Origin: Camelus dromedarius
Taxonomy: Eukaryota
Length of the DNA: 64,000 nucleotides
Assembly (NCBI RefSeq): GCF_036321535.1
Contig: NC_087452.1
Coordinates: 5,952,001 to 6,016,000 of the forward strand
Direction of reading: 5' to 3'
Shown one piece after another: positions 49,701 to 61,000 of this stretch. The notes beneath the pieces are model-generated. The model had not been told where the DNA came from. It did no database searches and worked only from the letters and a program-made list of their open reading frames with translations. The first letter of the stretch is position 1. The number at the start of each line of letters is the position of its first letter. Made by a program: the position numbers and the translations under genes.

Positions 49701-52700
49701 CCTTCAGGTCTTTCGCTCACTGACATCTGCAGCTCCCAACCTCCCTATCCCCCTCCCCCGAATTTTCTCCATAGCACTAATTACCGTCCAACTTACTGCA
49801 TATTTCACATTTCTATGTGTTTGTTGTATCCTCCATCACCCCTGCCCTGACCTTGACTCCCTCTATGAGAGCACGGATTTTGGTCAGGTTTTTTGTTTAT
49901 TATGTCAGTTTTTAAAAATTGGTTTACCTCTAATGCCTAGGGCTATTCTTTGGGCAGAGTAATTACTCAGTAAGTGTCTGATGAATGAGTAAATCAATGT
50001 TTCCTGAAAGAATGAAGCATGAAATCCATGATGTGTATCTGTGTCCTCAAAGCTCCAGAGCTGAGTGGTCTTAAATGAATTACCAAAGAGGCAGCAAGCT
50101 TAAGTTTAAGAAACTAAATAGAAAATGAAGTTGAAAAAATTTAAGGATTCAAAAAACATTGCAGTGTTTATCTCTCGATCTGGCTGGTAGTTATGCAGGT
50201 ACATACATATGTAAAAATTAACTGAAATGGACTTTAAAAGTAGTGCAATTTACCCACTTCTCTGTATGTTATGCCATGATAGGGAAGAATATACAGAACA
50301 AAAAAAAAAAAAATGAACAAAACAAAAATAAAATCCAAATAGTGCATGGGAAAAGTCATCAGAAACTTGAGTTTCTTAGCCCCTATTTTATGGTTTAATA
50401 TTATGTTAATTTTGATATATGGGGGTGCACCATAATCTTGACAATGCTTTAGGGCCTCTAGATATCCCTAATAAATGTGTTATGAGGATTGAGAGATATA
50501 CCTTTATATTCCTAGTGCTTGGAACTAAGTAGGAGCTACTGCAGTTCATGTGTGATGAATGAATGAATGAATGAATGAATGAAGTCTGAGAGCCTCTGAG
50601 ATGTGGCAACCAGAACGGAAGTCAACTCCGAGGGTCCCTCACACTCCAGAAGCAGCCCCACCCTCCTCCCAGCCCTGCTGGCCCTAGCCCCTACCCCAGC
50701 AGCTCTGGATGCTGTCCTGGACTTCGAGCCCCCTGCAGTCTGGGGAGAGATCACAGAAAAGCCTCCAGTGGGATTGGGAGCCAGAGAAAGAAGGGGGGCA
50801 ATCCAACCCATGGGGAGCCCTGAGAAGGGCTCCCTGTTCCCTAAATACCACCCACATCTATTCCAGGGCCCAAAATACCTTCCCCGGGCACTGGGAAGCA
50901 ATGTCACCTGGGGAGAGGAGGCACAAGGGACTGGGACTGGGGAGGACAGGAGTGAGACTGAGTGGGCCTGGGAAGAGTGTGAAAGCAGAAGGGCAGGGGC
51001 CAGCAGGGAGAATGACTGGGGTGGAGGGCAGCATTTGGGGCCCCTGAGGCTCTGGGGCCACTTACCAGGCAGCTGCTGTGTGAGGTTGAGTTCTTTCTGG
51101 TACCTGGGCTGAGTGTAGGACCAGATTCGCACCTCAGCCCCCAGGGCGGCCTCGAAGCAGTCAAATACTACAGAGCCCTGTGAGGAGAGGGTGGTGGAAG
51201 GCTGGTAGTGTAGGGCTCAGAATTGAGGCCGAGGACTCTGGGCTCCTGTCCATGGACCGCTCCACTCACCCACTCCCCTAGTCCCAGCTGAGAACTGTTA
51301 TACTGTATGGCCCCAAATTCTGCCATAAAAGTGTCCTCAAGGGCCTCCAGGAGCACACATCTCAGGAGGCGTGGCGGCAGGGCAGGGATAAGTCCACGCC
51401 TCATCTCTGCTGTTCTGGATCATATGCCAAAGCTAAGCCATCAGAGACCCTCCGCACAGAAGTGGTTCCTACACCCAGTGTCTCAGTGGGCCACATGATT
51501 GCCCTGTGAGGTGGGCTAGCAGTGTTCTCCCATTATTTTCCAGGTAAGAGGATACTGGCTGGGGACCGGGGTCAGGAGGGGAAGTCAAGGGTTTGAGCGA
51601 CCTGGCCCGAGGCGAGATACATCTTCCACCCACGTGCGGCCCCCTGAGGTCGGGAGAAGCCCCAACACTTGGCACCATGGTGCACGTGGGGCAGACATGG
51701 TACGGCAGGAGGTCTGGAGAAGTGGATCCAGCCCGCAGACTGACTTCCCCTCTGCAAGCCTCAGTTTCTCTATCTGGAGCACAAGGGTAATAACAAACCC
51801 TAGTTCAAGGGGGGAGTTTTGAGGATTACAAAAGAAAGTAAAAATTAAACTTTCCAGGTCCTTCCACACTGAGCGTTATCCCAGGTGTTTTTACATATAT
51901 CAACTCACTTAATCCTCATCACAGCCATATGATGCAGGACTATTCTTAGTCCCACTTTACAGACAGGAAAACTGAGGCATAAAGGACTGAGAGGACTTGC
52001 CCAGAGTCCTGCCAGAATCAGGACTTAAAGAGATAATGCACGTGAAAGCACTTCACACATTTCACCTTTGAAGCTGGTTATTGTTATCATTAATTCGCAT
52101 ACCACAGGCTGACCGGGCTGCACAAGGGCAGCGGGCACTTGCACTTCCAGCAGGACGCAGCGGGCAGTAGGGTAGGCCTGGAAGGAGAGCACGACGTGGG
52201 CCTGGAGAGAGGCTGTGAGCAACAGGGCAGGGGGGCAGTCAGGCCCAAGGGCCCCAGGCAAGGCTCCGGGGATGGGCAGTTGGGCCAGCCGGGTTCTCCT
52301 CACCGTTCCTGTGCTCCTCGAGCTCTGCGTCAGCTGCTCCCCCAAACTTCTCTTCATCTTCAGGCTCTTCCCAGGACCCTGGAAGGACCCGAGAGCAAGG
52401 CTCAGTTCAGGCCCCAGCTCTGGCTTTGGGTATGGTTTCCTTCTGGAAAGTTCAGGGCTGAGAAGCAGAGGCCAGGCCTGGTGCCTGGGGGTGGATGGGG
52501 AGACGAGGCTAAACTGGGGTGTCTGTCAGCCAGTATCCTGCAGAGAATACTGAGGATGCCCAGTGCAGACCCCCGGGGCCTCCTGCCCATCCCAGAAACA
52601 CTCACGTGCACCCATGCACAGTCACAGGATGACAGGCTCACCATGCACAGCCAAGTGGATGACCACACGCACACAGAGGTCACAGTCGGTCTCCTCGTGG

Positions 52701-53411
52701 CATCTTAGCACCAGCTCTGTCTGCAGGCGAGTGGGCACCAGCACGGGGCCTGGAGCGGACACGATGCTCCCAGGCAGGCAGAGCACATCACCATCTGTGT
52801 GCGAAGGGTGGGATGGGAGCTGAGGCTGTTCAGACCCAGTGTCTGGTTGCACCTGACACCCCCAGAGGGCCAAGGAGTTTTGGGCTCTTCCTGGACTGCG
52901 GGTGGGCGGTGCGGGCCTGGGACTGAACAGCTACCCCCCCGCCCCGATAAACTGGGAAAATCTTCTCTCTAAAAGTATGGCTACTCACCCCAGAGGTGGC
53001 AGGAAAGGCCCTGGGAAGGAGGTAAAGATCAATCAGTTTATGCCTCCAAATCTAATCACCATCTTTCCCTGCCTGAGGCCCAGAGCTCGCCCACCTCTTT
53101 CTGGGGCTCCCTTTTCCAGGTCCCTCCCGGAAGAAGACAGACCCAGCTCTTGCCCCCTCCCCATTCTTCTCTTACCCCATCAGCACCCGACAGACCAGCC
53201 AGGGCGGTTCTGACAGCGATGGCAGTGACAGGAGCCAGGCTAGGGCCTCAGTGGCCGCAGACCGAACCCTGAGCCTTCTCTAACCCTCCCCAGCCCCCAG
53301 ACTCACCGGAGAGCAGCGGGCAGCATCCTGAAGCCCCACCACCCTCTCTAGAGAGAGGACCACAGGGTTTCGGCCCAGTGCCAAGGATAGAAGGAACCAG
53401 GACACAGGCAT
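43776..53411 (-). CDS. IL17RC: Interleukin-17 receptor C, complete, 716 aa
   Basis: 19 exons (-): 53411-53307, 53010-52989, 52794-52642, 52378-52304, 52212-52103, 51177-51066, 50739-50695, 49156-49017, 48794-48735, 48422-48368, 48273-48092, 47998-47948 (GC donor), 47022-46977, 46827-46706, 46422-46363, 45826-45778, 44740-44645 (TM), 44539-44501, 44404-43776 (SEFIR). Total 2151 nt, open frame, starts MPVSWFLLSLALG. Confidence 0.97.
49400..49990 (+). mobile_element. L2 3' end in IL17RC intron 7
   Basis: GTCATTCTCCTCTGCTCAGAACCTCC...GGCCCTTTGCACTGGCTATTCCTTCTGCATGGAA...TACTCAGTAAGTGTCTGATGAATGA. Confidence 0.7.
50557..50583. repeat. (GAAT)n microsatellite
   Basis: GAATGAATGAATGAATGAATGAATGAA, typical of an L2 tail. 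Confidence 0.85.
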
Positions 53412-54431
53412 CTTCCAGGTGTCAGAAGGCACCCAGGCCTGAGGCCCTGTCCTGTCCCCCCCCGAGGGGGGGGCAGACGCCGCACCTCTGCTCCCACTCA
53501 GCCCCGCGCCTGTGGGCAGAAGGGGCGGGAATCCCTCCCCAGCCTCGGGGTCCTGGAGCTGGCTAGCTTGCGCACTCCCTCTCCCAGGAGTCCTGACTCC
53601 CGTCCCAGCCAAAGTGCTTTCGTTTTGGCTCCCGGCAGGCAGCCAGGCAGCTGTTCCCGCCCCGCCCTGTCCCTCCCACCAACACCAGGACTGGGAGCCA
53701 GCAGTCTCGGCCTGGAGTGGTGGCTTCGCCTCCTCCCTCTTTTTCTCCCCTCCTCCTTCTTCTCTGCTGACACCTGGCTGGGAGGGGCTCTTGGACAGGG
53801 TGGTGGCCTCATGGCTGAGTAAGGGAGCTCTTACTCACCCTGGGAGTCCTAAGGAGGAGACACCCCAGGGCCTGGGCAATCCTGGGGCATTTCTGCTTCC
53901 CATGTGACTCTGGAATCTTGGAGGCCACTGAGTCCCCTCTTACTGGGCACCCCAGGTCCCTTCACATACACTCCTTGGGCCTGACTGACCCTTTGTGGGA
54001 CAGGAGCTCTAAAGGCAGGGACAAGGGGCGCCAGAAAGTGGGCTTTTCACCACTTCCTGGCCTACGTGCAAGTGTGGTGTTGGGGGGGAGGAACCCAGGA
54101 CCCAGAGCCAGGTAGACAGGGTCCTACTTGTGCTGTTGGCATGGCTGGCTGCCTGACAATGGACCATACCACCTTTCTGAACCTGTGTTTTCCTTTCTTC
54201 TCTCTGAAGAATCACAGCGAGGATCAAGATTTCTGGGATCTCCTTTGCCTTCTCAGAGGCATTGCTTGTGAGGTGACAGATGTGGATGTGGGTGTGGACG
54301 TGCCGGATTTGGGCCACAAAATGATGCATAACCATCCCCAGGCATGGTCTTGCTGACCCTTCTCCCAACTTGGCATCCCAGGCACACTGGAGAAGCACCA
54401 TGTGTTTCTTAGTTTATCCATCGTGTTTGCC

Positions 54432-54437
54432 TTTATT
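54432..54437 (-). terminator. Probable IL17RE polyadenylation signal
   Basis: AATAAA on - about 565 nt after the IL17RE stop and ~1 kb upstream of the IL17RC ATG. Confidence 0.55.
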
Positions 54438-55000
54438 CATCTTTCTATATCTCTAGCTCTACAGTCCGTTCTTCAACCTGGCCACACAGGGCCCAAGCCT
54501 CTTTCCCTGAGTCCAGAGGCCTCCCTCCCTCCCTCCTTGGTCTGGGAAAGGGGCAGCCCTGGCTCCCAAAGGGGTTTTCTCTCCCCCGACCCCCTCAAGA
54601 GCCACCTCCCACTCAGAACTGCCACTCTCCCTGCCTTGCCTACCCCTGTCCAACCTCTCCTGCCTGGACTGGAGCATGTGCAGACTACTCTCTCTCTGGA
54701 GTTTTGGAGAGCGGAAGTGGGACGGTCCCCCACCAGCAACAGGCCTGGGGTCAGAGTTCTCAGGAAACAGTGACTCACCCTGGGTTCTGAGGAAACATAA
54801 GCCTGAGGAAGAAGCCTGACACGCGTGGGAAACGGGTAGGGGCAGTGGGTGAGATGCTCTGCTCCGGGGCTGGGAGGCAGAGTGAGGCTTTTTGGCCAGT
54901 AGTTCGGAGAAGGCACCCCAAGGATTCCAGTGTACAAGCCTCACTCGGTGGGGTTCCCGCCAGTGCGGCCACAGACATCCGGACTGCGCTGGAGCTCTGC

Positions 55001-58000
55001 TTAGCCTTGGTCTGCAAGTTTGGCGGCCTCGCGTTCCAGTTGGCGACAGAGCTCTAGGCGACCCCTCAGGCATGATCGGGCCCCAAGACCGCCCCAACCA
55101 GTGACTTTGGTGGAAGGGCACGCGTCCAGCGCCCGCAGCAGGCGTGGCAGGTCGTGCAGCAGGCGGTAGCGTGGCAGGGCGCGTAGCGGCGGGGGAATGT
55201 CGCCCTTGGCGCAGAGGCGACTGAAGTAAGCGAGCAGCAGCAGCGGGCGCGGGGCGGCGCGGAGCAGGGCGCGCAGGGGCGCGGCGCGGGGATCCCGGCC
55301 GCCGGCGGGGCTGGGGCCCGCGCTGCTCCACAGCAGGACCACGGTGCCCCGCTCCCGCGCCANNNNNNNNNNNNNNNNNNNNNNNNNNNNNNNNNNNNNN
55401 NNNNNNNNNNNNNNNNNNNNNNNNNNNNNNNNNNNNNNNNNNNNNNNNNNNNNNNNNNNNNNNNNNNNNNNNNNNNNNNNNNNNNNNNNNNNNNNNNNNN
55501 NNNNNNNNNNGGAGTCCGCCGCGTGCAGGAGCAGTACCGGCGCTGGGCCCAAGCCTGGGGGTGGGAGAAACAGAGGAACGGGGTAGGGGGCCCAGACAGC
55601 CCAGCCCTCTCCTCAATGGCCTCAGGGCTACATGATAGGGTGCCCGCCCCAGTTTCTTATCTGCGCTGGGGGTAGGCACCGGATGCAGCTTTAGCCTATA
55701 GGGTGCCTTTGGTTGCCCAGGAAGGGGCGAGGGCAGGCTGGATTTCCGCCTCACTAGCCTCTTGCCTAGAGAGGGCACAGCGAACCACCTGCAGAGGGAC
55801 CTTTGCCCTGCCTGAACCATTCCCGCCCACTAGGCAGCCTGAGGCTCAGCGCCTCGGGTAACAGCTAGGCGCATCGGCAGGGCAGTGGCTGTCTGGGAAG
55901 GGAGCCTGGGTAGGAGAGGGATGCGGGCAACTAACCTAGGAGCCAAGAAGGTCTGAATGCCCAGGATCCCCCCGAGTGAGCTTACCTGACAGTGGGCGCC
56001 GGCGGGTGAGGACCATAACAACGCCCAAGAGGGTGGTGAAGGCCAGCAGTGCCAGGATCAAAAGCCCCAGGCGTCTATGAGAGACTGAGTCAAGCAGGGT
56101 GAGGCCCAGCCCAGCTCCTCAGTGCCCAACCTCCCACTTACCCCTTCCCCTCCCAAGAACTCACCGTCTGGACACAAGAGGTGCTTCCAGGCAAACTGGA
56201 CATCTGACCTCCACACCTGAGGGCACAGAGCCCCCCACCCCTGTGAGCCAGGGCAGCCCCTCCTCCCAGGGAAAGTGGAAGGAGGCATGGGGTTGGAGAA
56301 GGGAAGTCTCCCTGGTTAGGGAATTCCTCCAGCCCAGGGTCTGTGTCTCGTGCAGTTCCAGCTGGGCACAGAACAAGGTCAAGAGCGGCAAACTCAAAAA
56401 GTAAACCCAAAGTTTACCAGGGCATCCATGAGGGCCTGGAGGGCACAGGTCCTGACTGAAGTAGTCAGACACCACTGAGCTCCAGCCCATTATCACCAGG
56501 CCTGAATGTGGACACAAAGCACCAGGTTTTCTGATTTTTCAAGAGATGTCAGAAAACAGCTTTATAAAATGACATCTCCCAATATTCAAATGGTGGCAGC
56601 AAATTCCAATTTTGAACATCACGCTGGCCTGACCAAACATTGTTGCAGACTGGATTTGCCCCATGCGCCACCTGTGGAGTAGATGCCAGGGGAGTGTATG
56701 CAGAGGGAGGGCAGGATTCCTTACCAGGACACAGCCCCCCGGCCTCAGGAAGGGAATGATGAGGTCTAGTGTCACTGGGCTTGAGCCCTGAGTCTGTCGG
56801 AACAAAGAGCAGGAATGTCCCCACAGAAGCAAGCTGGGCTCTGTCCAGCCTTGGAGCGCTTGCCCCTCCTGTGCTCCTCCTTTCCACACCCCCTCACCCA
56901 AATCCAACCCAGGCTTAGGGCCCAGTGCCACCCAGAGAAGAAGGCTTCCCAGGCTTCATTCCCAGATCCTGCTGATCATTCCCAGATCTGAACTGCTGCA
57001 CAGACATACCTTAATCAGGCAACTGGGCCCTGGTCAACAAACACACTCTAGGGGCCTACTCTGTGCCAAGCCCTGAGGAGACAAGGCTGGCACAGACATT
57101 GTCTCTGCTCCAGCAGCTCACAAACCAGGAGGCTAATTATACGCTGCCTCCCTTCTCTGTCCTGCACAACTGAAGGGGCAGCTTGTCCACTGGAAAGAAC
57201 TTAAAGACTCTACAACTTGAGTCAGGAGACCACAGCTAACAAAGTCAGGCTAAACTCTTGCCTTTGTGGCTCCCAGTGTGGGATCTCTGCGTGGAGATAA
57301 GCTACCTTCCTCTCTGAGTCTCAGTTTCTTCATTTGTGTATGAGAGATAATAATCTTTATTTTCCTGGGTTATTGAAAGCACCACATGGGAATATGCACT
57401 TGAGTGCCCTTTATAACACACAGTGCAGGGTGGGTTCATTTACTAGTAGCAGCCATTATGACACTGTGGACTTCTTAGAGGCACAGACTGTGTCATATAC
57501 TTCTCTTCCATCTCCCAGGACCTAATACAGAGTGGGCCCAGAGTAAGCATTCAATAAATACATGATGAACTGGGCAGAACTGATAGCCATCTGTCTACAG
57601 GCAGGATGTGGGTTTACCCTGTGTGAAGAGGGTGCTGGTTAGGGAGCTGATCAGTTTCCATTCTTTGGGAACACCCTCCACTCCCTACCCGCCACCCCAG
57701 CCCCTGTCCCAGACCCCAGGCAGGTCCTGATGCAGTGGCTCTCAAATCATGGTTAAACTCAATGAAGGTGGTCTTTTCCCAGCCCACAGAAAGGAGTCCA
57801 TGGATTTAGCTTTCAATTTTAGATGATCCCACGTGACTTAGTCTTAAATCTTAAGTATTTGCTACCACCTGTCTGCTTGGGAGCCCTCATAGAGTACTAA
57901 ACAAACAAGCTGCATACGAGTAAGAGAGAACTCAAAAGAGCTGGCCATGCTTAGTCAGCCTGCTGCTGTGGTTTTGCGGCTTGACTGTGGTTTTTATGTC

Positions 58001-61000
58001 ACATATACAGAAGAGAGTCGGCCAGACTGTTTTTGGTTCACATTAATAGGGTTAAGCCTGTCAGTGGTTTACAGTATTCAGCAAAGAGTCCTCAGCTTCC
58101 AGGGCCCTGCCTCCCAAAGATACTCAGAGAACTCCTGCCAGACGCCCTGTGGAGGCAGGCAGGGGAGCCAGGGTAGAGGACAGCTGGGTTCAAGAGAAGG
58201 CATCAATCGCTATAAAATGCAGCGGCAGTCCGAGTGGGCCAGAGAATAGCTGGGGGTGGGAGGGCCAGCCTCTTGCTTCTGTTTACTCCTGTAGACTCAG
58301 AAACTAAAAGGATGAGAAACTGCTCTATTGAAGACACCACTGACTGGCAGAGGAGGCAGCTGAACAAAGGCCACTCAGGTAAATAAATAACCAGATGATG
58401 TCAGTTAGAGATTTGCTGGCCTCCACCTGCGGTGCCGTAATCAACAGGTCCTAGTGGGGGCCGAGCCCTGGCTGGGCCATACCTGGCTGATGCTGTACAC
58501 AGGGGGCACCCAGCTGTCCTGCCCCAAGCCTGGGTGGCTCCAGGCAGCACTGAAGGTGGCACGCATCCGTGAGGAGAAGTGAAGGATCAGCTGCTGGGCC
58601 TGCGTATCCATGCTCACGTTCCAGGAGGGGGCTGCCAGGGGGTGAGAAAGGGCATCGGGTGAGAGACCTGTTGGCGGAAGGTGATAGGAGCTGGGCTGCA
58701 GCGGACAGAGAAGTCAGGGCGGGGGTCGAGTTGGCTCAGTCACAGTCAGGTGAGGGTGAAATGGTGGGATGGGGTCCCAGCTGGGGTCGCTTGTTGGCTC
58801 ACCAGTCCGGCGGGGGCATTCAACGTGGCTACTGTTTCTGAAAGAGAACTGAGAAATGCAAGAATGGCAAGTCAGCAAGCTCCAGGCACCACGCACACCA
58901 CTCCCCGTCCCGTCGCCCATGCTTGTACCTTGAAGCAGAGCTGGGGGTGCAAGTCCACCTTCTCCAAGACGTACTGCTGTGGTGGGAGAAGGGAGTCAGG
59001 GAGAAGGGCCCCATGCCCCAGCCCTGCCCACCCGGGTCCTGGGAGGCCGGACTCACCCCCTCTGACTCTTGAGCTGTGGCATTGGGGATGTCTTCACAGA
59101 TGGTGTTCCAGCCTTGCCTCTGGCAGAGGGAGGCCTCCAGCTTCACTGGGCAGTGGAGTGTCGGTTTTATGACCATCTGACTGTGCTGGCTGTAGTCAGT
59201 AAATGTCACTGACTCCCAGAAGTCCGAGCCATCTGGGCAGGCAGCAGGGGCAGAGGGTGAGGCCCGGGGAGGCCCGAGTCCTATCCCCAGGGCACCAGGC
59301 GATGTTTGTGAAGGTGCTCGGCACGGCCCTGGCCTAGGTGCCTGATAAGTGAGCATGCGTCCTCCGGCCCCTCCTGCTACGTTTTCTATTTAGCTGTCTC
59401 CTCTCCTTCCTGCGCCTCCATTCTGGCCAGCTCCTTGCTGCTCCCCAGACTCAAAATCTTCATATCTTTGCTTAGGTTCCTCTCAGAAGCAGGAGTGCCT
59501 TCCCTTTCCTTCTCTCTTTTCTAAATCCTGCCCATTTTCTGAGCCCAGCTCAGGTGTCACCTCCTCTAGGAGACCTTCTCTGCTCACGACAGCTTGATGG
59601 ACTTCTCCCTCTCCTGAGTTCATGCCCACAGTCTCGTCCTTAACTGCCACCCTGCCCTGGACCGTAGGCTGCTTTGTGCTATTCAGCTGTCATGTTTGAG
59701 GATCCTCTCTCTTCAACTTGGGCACAATATGCACAGATGTCACCAGCCACTTTCACATATGATATTGAATTCAAGCCTCATAAGGAGTTGGGTAGAGCTC
59801 AGTGGTAGAGCACGTGCTTAGCATGCTCAGGGTCCTGGGTTCAATCCCCAGTACCTCTGTTAAATAAATAAATAAACTTAATCATCCCCCATAACAAAAG
59901 TTTAAAAAAATAAAATTACAAAATAAGGAGTTGGAAAGTGAAGCAGAGCAATTATCATTATTTTACAGATGAGGAAACTGAGGCTCAGAGATGACTAAGT
60001 GGCAGAGCTAGGATGTGAGCCCAGATCTTCTAGTCCATCCTCTTAGGACACTACCTCCTGGGCTGCATATTCCTGAACCTCCCACAGTGCCTAGTACAAG
60101 GTTCAGTAGTCTGATTTATGGGCAGGTTGATCAGCAGACATGGTAACCCATGACTTCCCCCCACTGACTCCAGAGAAAGCGCCCGCACGCCTTCTGGGGA
60201 CTTCCTCCAACACATGTGTGAAGTGTGTACGTGTGCACACGTGTGAGAGAGAGAGACAGAGAGAGGCTGTGCGTGCACAGGAGTCACACGAGCAGCACTC
60301 ACAGGCTTCAGGCCAGCTCTGGAAGGGACACTTTTTGCGCCTCACACCATCCTCTTGCAGGTAGGACACCTGTGGAGAGAGGGGAGCAGGGAAGGAGGGT
60401 CAGAGGAATAACTTTTCCTATATCACTCAGACTTGAAACTCATTCTGGCTTGACCTTGACCCGATGCAAGCTGCCTGCGCTGGCAGGGCACTGAGCAGGG
60501 AGCAGAGTGGCGTGGGGGAAAGGGTGGCTGGCACTTGGCACTTGGGGGAGGAACTCGGGAGTACAGGAGTGAGATCAGTGAGTGAAGGGCTGAGTCCTCT
60601 TCTCCTGGAGAGGAGAACCTCACCCCAGAAAGAGACAAATCGTGAGGTCCGCATGCCTCAACTTTTGCCTTCCCTGGCCTCCGCTCTCAGCGATCCCCAA
60701 GGTGCCCAGTGCCCTGGGGGTCCCTCCCTCTGGACTGCCCAACACCCAGTGGTTGTCCCCCACCCCTGGCAGGTGTTCCTTGCCTGCACCCTCCCATTCA
60801 TCTCCTCCTGGGTGACAAGGCCCCCTGCCTTTCCTGTCTAGTCCAAAGGAGTCTTGATGCCAGGCAACTCAGACTTTTAAGGAGAGGAGGAGGCCTGCCA
60901 TGGAGACTAGTGGGAGTGAGACTTTTGGGGCCATTTGGAACCTTTTGGCAATTTGATGCCCCAGAATCCACAGTGAAGGCAGCTGTCTATTCTGCCTCTG

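Noticed and set aside
54459-55820. 453-aa minus-strand ORF
   Set aside because: Alternative frame over the GC-rich IL17RE last exon, intron and 3'UTR, spanning Ns; low-complexity Pro/Arg/Ala with no recognisable domain.
59792-59860. tRNA-like sequence with A and B boxes as a tRNA gene (also 7241-7348, 14490-14605, 30470-30583, 42105-42182)
   Set aside because: A-rich tails, target-site duplications at several copies and dispersed divergent copies identify these as SINEs.
60229-60242. 14-bp palindrome ACGTGTGCACACGT
   Set aside because: By-product of an alternating purine-pyrimidine low-complexity tract.
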